A stretch of 64,000 nucleotides of DNA from assembly GCA_004764695.1 (NCBI GenBank), contig SMSO01000004.1, forward strand, positions 558,001 through 622,000, in the 5' to 3' direction. The notes beneath the pieces were generated by a model. It did not search any database, was not told the origin of the DNA, and was given only the letters and a program-made list of their open reading frames with translations. Below are positions 56,501 to 64,000 of the stretch, in pieces. The first letter of the stretch is position 1, and the number at the start of each line of letters is the position of its first letter. This DNA is from Schizochytrium sp. TIO01. Its lineage: Eukaryota; Protista; Bigyra: Labyrinthulomycetes. The position numbers were made by a program, and so were the translations under genes.

Positions 56501-59500
56501 AAGAATTTGCATTTTCTTACGTTCTCGTTGAAGAATACCACATCGAACGTTTGACTTTAATCTCTTGAGAGACAATGCTGCTTGCATCAAGTTCTATCAC
56601 TTTTCACAGTCAATGCCTTCCTTGCATAAATATCATCTGAGTGCTATGTTGTGGTATACTTGCGTAGAAGGATTACAAATGTAGTTTCTGACCACTGAGG
56701 GTACTCGAAGCTTGACGAACAGGTTGTCAAGGTTAAAGTCATAACTCTCGATGCATGAACTTGTCGGGCCGCAATGGTTACCAGGCAGAGCATGAGTTAT
56801 GTTTCTTGAAATAGCTACAGAAAGTCAGGACTTGTAAAGCTAGAGGTAAAATTCGAAAGACGAGAATATAAGGGTCTGAAGTTACAGTAAAGGGGCATAT
56901 GTTAAGAAAAGAGGTGGCCTGTTAACACACAATACTAGAGGTCATTATAATCTCAACGACGTACTTTACACATTTTAGATTCATTCCTACCTAATGGATC
57001 ATAAACAATTAGGTTTCCTCATCTATCCTAAACGATCAACTCTGTTTTTGGCTAGCTATGCATCTACATCTTATGCATATATATCAAAATGTCAAGCACA
57101 CACCTAGTCTTAAGATTAAGTAGAGAAGAACCATGTGCATTTTTGTGAAAGTATATTAGTGTCCTTAGGGCTTATAGAAGATTGCCAAATGTTCTTTCCC
57201 TGCCGCATTTGAAAATACCTTCTGAGAATTTATACAATAGCGAAAGGTTGACAAACAAAGATGCAATCAAAATCCTGAGGTTGAGAATTGCAGAAATTTA
57301 ATCTCAGATTAGCCAGAGGTAGACTGAGGAGACGAAGGCAAAGTGCTTGGAATGCATGATATGACATACAAACGCATTGTGTACTTAGGCTTGTAGAGTC
57401 AGCCATCTGCTGTTTTAGGATATTAACTTCAAGACGGACTGATTCAAATTCTAATCAGGAATTAAGATATAGTTCATTTGTAATACACAGAACTAAAGGG
57501 AGCCTAACCTTGTATCCTCAACTACTAATAACGTGAATTTGTAGTGCACTTTTACATCTTAGTTCTCTTGATCTCACATCTTTGCATTTGATAGTCAAAT
57601 TCTTCTCACAAATCATTCCTTCCCTAATAGCTTCGGATTTTATTGGTATGCCAAGGAACCTGGCAATGCTTTGTCCACATCATCCGTAAATCAGCTATCA
57701 CAACAGACATATATCCATATAGCTTAGGAAGGCTAATGGGAGTGTTGATTTATGAACTCAAAAGTTGTCGCCCTTAGTACAACTCTACAGATCTTACAAC
57801 TGATTATTTATACAGATGAAGCATCGTTATGAATTTAGACAGTGCTTAGAGCATCATTTGAGGTTAGGTTTACAACTAATATTCAGATTCAGGCATTGAA
57901 TTGGTTTGCTTGGTTACAATCTTGATGGGTCGGGATGAAGTCACAGTTCTGATTTTGCAGCTTAAGAACCATCAGATGTAATGTTAATTCACTTCCTGGT
58001 ATTTTAACTAATCGACATGTCTCAAAACGAATCACCCAGGCTTAGAGCATGCTGCATATCTTTACTATTTTGATTCTTGAACTGAGCTTAACCTTCGATT
58101 CTTGATTTCAGCTTTAGCTAAAAAAACCTGTCACCACAACAAACCTATATCATTCTTATGACAAACATCAAGCACGTGCAACGTCAACCTGAACACAACA
58201 GAAGGTCTAGTATTAATACAGTACTCTTATAGACTTTATTTGAGACATTGCAGCTCACGGTCGCTTGTACAGTATATGGAATTTCATTCGCACGGTGCAA
58301 CTGATTCTATGAGACTTCTTACACGTTACAAATGAGTAACACTACATCTAGAAGTTCACTGCGAATCGAGGTTTGGTCTGTCTTGAATTATAATTCTTCT
58401 GAACATTAACTATCAGTCTAATGTTGAATGGCTAGACATCTTGCACCTTGATATTTATGACCTCCTACAAAATAGCTTGTATAAACATAGAATTATTTGA
58501 TTATGCAATTAGAGAGTGCCTTTATGTGAAAAAGGAGTTTAACCTTAAACTATAATTTGCGCCTCATGCTGCTATATTTGCAAAAGCGAATCATAGTCGT
58601 ATAGAACCCTGTGCCATAGCAATGAAGTGGCCGCACGCTTAATTTATTATTGTTCGGTATGGCTTTGCAAATATCCAGTCTGCTCGAAACTTCCCATTTC
58701 GGTTCCCAATGACGAGTTCTACAGCCTAAATTTGAACAGTCGTGTCATTATACTCATGTGGGCTTCCAATGACTCTAACATGCTTTTGAAGGTAGTGACA
58801 ATATTTTTTCATATATTATTTATGAAATCGTTTCGAGGTGATACTCGACAATTAATCCAGGTTACGTATGACTAAATTATATCTAATGAGCATACAGAGG
58901 ATGCTTCTATTATTATCTGGACATCAATTATTTTCCCCATAAAAATGAGTTAGTACATATGGGCTTATGAAAGTTAGACAAGTGAGATAGATAGGAGTTC
59001 TCAACATGGTTGATTCACATTCCCATGATGAACTCTGTGGTCAATTTCTTTTTGTTTAAAACAGTAAAAAGCGCACGACCTTTCTTGGGCTTGACCCAGA
59101 AACAACAACATCATCAGGGACAACAATCCGATTTTTCTTGCTTTGTTACTCGAACTACCAAAGAGGTCGGCCCCATCTAAACTGTCCTGAATTGCCCTGT
59201 TTCGGTCTGACTTTATTTGCACGAAGAGTCTTTGAAGGGTTTCTTTTCTGCCCCAATAGCTGAACTCCGTCTCTAAAGTAACATCAGGTCCTCTGCAACG
59301 AGCAGTTCTCACAACATCTGATTTATAAAAATTTATTGCGGCTTGTCTTCATATCAGCTTAAAATAGCTGAAGTTGCGTCTATTCAGCTACTCTAATCAG
59401 ATCAGAAAGATATCTCTAAATCCTCAATGCTTCTCAACATACAATCCCAGCCACCTTAAACATGGGTAGAAGAGTGCACATCTCAAACTTCGTTTTTTTG

Positions 59501-61840
59501 TGTTCAGGGGATATCTCTCTTCTCTTCTTTATACCTGTTCTGTTCTATTTTGTTAAATACATATAGATCCGTTACTCCACCCAACCCCACTGCTGATCGA
59601 ATGGGTCGCCCGGACCAAATTGATCCCCTTCACTAATAATGATTATTGTGATTGAAGCTGTGAAGGGTGTTTGTTCAACACATCCATAGATCCGTTGATT
59701 AAATCATGAAAATTTGATGATATAATATATTCACCAACACAACAGGTTTGATGTCTAATGTTTGTGAGTTTTTGATACTCTCAACAGGTACGTGTCGGAG
59801 TATAAATATTTAGATTCACAGCTTCATTTGTATAGTAATATTTAAAGATATGATTATAGAATTGATGATGATAGTGACGGGCAAAATGGATGGACTCAGT
59901 GTCAAGCTTAAAGGACTTACTGAAATGAAAGCTTAAAGCTTAAGCTTCGCTTTGTACATCTCCCAAAAAACGGTCTCTTAAAAAACCTTTCTATATCGTA
60001 TATGAATATTATTCCACGAACTATTCACAACTATTTAGAAATGAATATCAGATTTGGGAAATTAAATTTTAGGTTTTTTGTTTTGTTTTGGTTTTTTATA
60101 TTTGTTTGTCAGTGCTGTCGAGATCCTCCACAGGTATAAACAGCTTCACGGATTCATTTGTAAGTCACTCGCTTGTTAAATCTTGAAACTTATCCTCGTT
60201 TAACTTTCTCTTATCTTTCAATTTCCTGAACTGATATGCGAAAGTTAAATTAAAATCGTCTCAACGAATCTTCTATGTTGTATGAAAGGGCTTGGGGTTT
60301 TCGAGGGTAGCAATTCACAAAGAAAAATCTCTACTTGCTTATTTGGAACAGATCACCGAAGATATTTATATCTTTACTTCTTGCGCAACATGCTTTGACA
60401 TAAACATTTGAAAGTAGAAGGGTCTACACAGTTAAAACTCCGTTATCTTCAAGTACATCGTTATGTAAATCTCTTTCTTCTTTGCTTGAATGCATTTAAA
60501 TTGTTCAAGAGCTTTTCGCAAATTACGTGATCACATCCACCATGCCAGGTGACACTCGGACTGTAGCCCCACTTTGTCGCCATAAGAAGAAAAATTGAGA
60601 AGATTATGCAATTGGTTAAGATAATCAAAGGCTGATAGCGTCTGGACAACAATGGCGTAATTGCATTAGTTAAAAAGACAAGAAAAAAAGCAAATATAAA
60701 TTCATGACAGATTTTTTTAATGGTAAGTTTATGTTGCTTCAAAAAGCAGAAGATTTTTTTACTGTTTACGTCATCGGACTAGAATGAGGTTGCAAAGCTT
60801 GATTGATATTCCTGATTCTTTTATTGCAGCTTTTTGTTTGAAACTCACCAACTACAAATACATTAAGATTAAGTATTGTACAGATGTTCACAATATGCTG
60901 AGATGCAGCATTTTCGTAATAGGAAAATCAAATAGATGATCAATCTAAAACAGCTATAGGAAGAGTGCGCATAGCCTCAGCTTTATTAAGTACGATGGGA
61001 TGTTTCTATCTAACATCCTTTGGAAATGCTTGCTGTTAACATTCTCTTTATTATTTAAGCAACACCCTCACTACATTGATAGTAAAAAGCACGAGAGTTC
61101 TTCCTTTACCATCTCTAAAGTTACCAATAGTACAAGAATTGAGCGCAAATCTGTATGAATATGTTACAGAAGCGGAAAATGTTCTGCATTCAGTGGAGCG
61201 ATATCAAAATAGAGATGGCAGGGCCTTGTCTAATCTGTTTCTTTCCGGTTAAGCGAAAAAACTTACGTAGGTAGTTTCAACAAGCTATCTAGTTACTACC
61301 TATTTACATATCTATTACTACCTTGAGTACTACTAGAGGGAAAGTGACTCTTAATCAGATTATAGCCATTACCGTATAATAGGTAGTACTCTATATCAGA
61401 AGTAGTATTGAGCAAGAGAGAGAGAGAGAAAAGAGAAGAAGGAAGCGAAGCAGTACTAAGGCTAATAGAAACACAGAGGCTACAAGGTAGAGAACAGACA
61501 GCTTGAACCAAAAGCCGTGGAAGAAGAAGAGAAGACAAAGAAAGACAACCAAACGAGAAGGCAGCTGCCTCCATTGCTTTACTCAAGAAAGGTAGCAAAA
61601 CGAGACCATTGTTAACGAAGCGAACAGTAAAAAGCAGCGTTGAATTCTGAGGATCCTGGTAGGAAAAGAGAAAAACTAAAGAAGCGAGTAAGCAATCAAA
61701 GGAGCTTTGTTTATGGCATGCAGGTCGCCGTACCGAAGCAGCAGCAGCACCTGCACCTATAGCTTGTTAGGGTTCTTATCAAAGATTTAACTCGTCAGTG
61801 CCTTGCATATTGCACGAAAGTTTAAAACTATCTCAAGAGA

Positions 61841-64000
61841 ATGCAAAATCTTACTCCATCATCACAGGATCCTGTGAATTTAACAACAGGAGAATGGTTT
61901 TTTCGTGATAGGACAGGCATGGTACAAGGACCATATTCAAATGACCACATGAGATCGTCACTAGAAAATGGTTTCCTCTCCGCCCATGTCGCACTTTCGC
62001 ATGAATCCCTGTCTGGACCATTCGCAAAGCTATCTGCCTTCTTTCCAGATGTAGAATCAGCATTCTGCGGACCTCATCATACTCCAACACAAACTGATTG
62101 GATCTCCGCCCCTAGCAATGAAGATGTGTCCTGGTATTTTAAGGATGCCCATGGGGCAATCCAAGGACCGTACAATGGGCTCCAAATGAACGAATGGGCC
62201 CGTGCAGGCTTGATTTCCGCTGGTGTTCAAGTTCGAAAAGGATCTGGGCCTAATTCACAATTTGTAAGGAGGTCTGAACTTTTCCCAGAGGGTGATCAAA
62301 GCGCCTTTCTTCCGCCTGGTCACCGCTCTTTTCGATCAGGCTCAGCGCAACGTAAAGAACAAGGCCATACTCTGTCTCACTACCAAGGTGTACAACGATC
62401 AATTTTACACCAGTCGTCTCACCATCGTGCTCAGCACCAGCACCAGCACCAGCATCAGCATCAACATCCAAGTAGTACCAAAGCGCACTTTTTCTCACGT
62501 GTTGGAAAGCATCGTAGATCTAGCTCTGCCGGGAGCAACTTTGCTGGCTTAAAGCAACAGTCTGCTGGTACTTCTGAAGATGCAGGGGGTGCTGAGTTTT
62601 CGTTTGACCAAACAAGTAGAGAAAGCCCGGATGATTTTGCAGGTGCACACAGTGGAGGCACCTCAATCTCTTCCGCAAGTGCTGCTGCTTCTCATGTTCG
62701 TAAATTTGCTGAGAAAAAAATTCGCGCAGTTACAACCCCAAAACATTCAACAACACATTACAACTTCGACCTTGAAGCCAGTGGACACGGTGGGGCAGGA
62801 AGGGACCAACACTCTGGGGCACTAAATTCGAACTCAAATATGTCAATTCACCAGAGGCGACTTCAAAGCATTGGCAAGTATGGACAACGTCAAATCTCAA
62901 AGCTTAAGCCAAAACGAATAAATCGTAAGCCACACTCGGAATCTTCTAAATTTGATTCAGGTTCATCTTACACAGCATTGGACAGCGGGGGGGCTTCGAC
63001 TGAGCAAAACCTTGGATCTCGAAGTGCTGCGTTCTCTCGTAATGATGGCGTATATATATCACATGACCCATACGCATATATGAGTGACCCGACTCAAATT
63101 GGTGAGCATCAGACAGGAACTATGGCCCCATTTGAACGAGTTCTAACGGATGACAGTATTACAGAGCTTGATGATGGGTCTGGTACATGGATTCGAGATG
63201 ATGATGATGATGACGACGACGACGACGACGACGATGACGACGATGACGACGACGACGATGATGATATCAACGATGAAGATGACGAAGATGACGACGATGG
63301 TGATGATGTCGAAGGTGACATAAACCTACGGAACGGCGATGGTCCCAATTATGACCGTAACCAATTTCGCTTGTTCAAAACTGAAAAGAAGTCAGAAGGG
63401 CATTGGGAAAACAATCTTTTTAATGGAACGACTCAGACTACTACCTCACAAAATCGTCTTGAGGGAAATACTTACCCGAACGGAGAAGGATTACTTCATG
63501 GTGAGGATGGTGAGGATGGTGATCAATCAACAAATTTAGAACATATAAGGGCGGCCCTCCAGGCTGAGAGCATTGCTCGAGCCGGCAAAGGTCGTATAGC
63601 ACAGCAACATCAACGCCAAGCCTATGGAGATAATCTTTCTGACTCAGAATCTGAACAAGACTCATTCTTGTATTCAAACCAACGTCTTGGACATCATGGA
63701 TTTCCTCAAACTCCAATGCTTTCGAATGACGCCGTTACAGATCACGTTCATAACTTACTAGGTTCATTTCGCTTTAAGCGCGGCTCAACTCTGGGTCTAC
63801 GTTTTGGAAACAACAATCACAACAACTCTGCGCATAGCCTGGGAAGTTCAAGTGCCCCTCAGACTGGTGGTGAATGGAACAAGCCTTCATCGTCTCTATT
63901 CGTTGAAACGCAGCATGGTGTAGCTTTCCGCACGGGACGTGAGAAACACGTGATACACCTGGAGACCTCACTTGCAGAGCTGCAAGATGAAAATTCCCAA
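61841..64000 (+). CDS. Tandem GYF-domain protein, 5' part only (open for 720 codons to the window edge)
   Basis: Manual translation from ATG 61841 finds no stop. Two GYF-like units: GEWFFRDRTGMVQGPYSNDHMRSSLENGFL and VSWYFKDAHGAIQGPYNGLQMNEWARAGLISAGVQVR. Also (QH)n and poly-Asp (63198-63310) tracts. It is missing from the ORF track, presumably because no stop codon lies in the window. Confidence 0.85.
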   Translation, partial: MQNLTPSSQDPVNLTTGEWFFRDRTGMVQGPYSNDHMRSSLENGFLSAHVALSHESLSGPFAKLSAFFPDVESAFCGPHHTPTQTDWISAPSNEDVSWYFKDAHGAIQGPYNGLQMNEWARAGLISAGVQVRKGSGPNSQFVRRSELFPEGDQSAFLPPGHRSFRSGSAQRKEQGHTLSHYQGVQRSILHQSSHHRAQHQHQHQHQHQHPSSTKAHFFSRVGKHRRSSSAGSNFAGLKQQSAGTSEDAGGAEFSFDQTSRESPDDFAGAHSGGTSISSASAAASHVRKFAEKKIRAVTTPKHSTTHYNFDLEASGHGGAGRDQHSGALNSNSNMSIHQRRLQSIGKYGQRQISKLKPKRINRKPHSESSKFDSGSSYTALDSGGASTEQNLGSRSAAFSRNDGVYISHDPYAYMSDPTQIGEHQTGTMAPFERVLTDDSITELDDGSGTWIRDDDDDDDDDDDDDDDDDDDDDDDINDEDDEDDDDGDDVEGDINLRNGDGPNYDRNQFRLFKTEKKSEGHWENNLFNGTTQTTTSQNRLEGNTYPNGEGLLHGEDGEDGDQSTNLEHIRAALQAESIARAGKGRIAQQHQRQAYGDNLSDSESEQDSFLYSNQRLGHHGFPQTPMLSNDAVTDHVHNLLGSFRFKRGSTLGLRFGNNNHNNSAHSLGSSSAPQTGGEWNKPSSSLFVETQHGVAFRTGREKHVIHLETSLAELQDENSQ

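Overview
This is eukaryotic nuclear DNA from an intron-poor, microsatellite-rich protist. The gene style resembles a thraustochytrid/labyrinthulomycete stramenopile, but that is inference only. Left arm (1-18.6 kb), an unusual cluster: (1) a spliced >1,296-aa fusion of a papain-like Cys peptidase, a ThiF/E1 adenylation domain and a SelO/kinase-like domain; (2) two ~1,200-aa paralogues whose motifs match prokaryotic Z1-type SF2 helicases, one with N-terminal LRRs and intact motifs and one with Walker A and motif VI degenerate; (3) a UvrD/FBH1-like SF1 helicase lying between these two divergently oriented paralogues; (4) tRNA-Lys(CTT). A ~55-bp repeat family forms imperfect hairpins about every 4.4 kb, one in each spacer between these genes. 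Middle (22-39 kb), mostly conventional genes: an orphan 4-TM protein, a frameshifted DHHC palmitoyltransferase, KIN17, a bacterial-type bifunctional rhamnulose-1-phosphate aldolase/SDR, PLAA/Doa1 and arginase. A ~23-kb interval with no recognisable gene follows. The window ends in a tandem-GYF-domain ORF that is absent from the ORF track. All family assignments come from reading motifs by eye; no searches were run.
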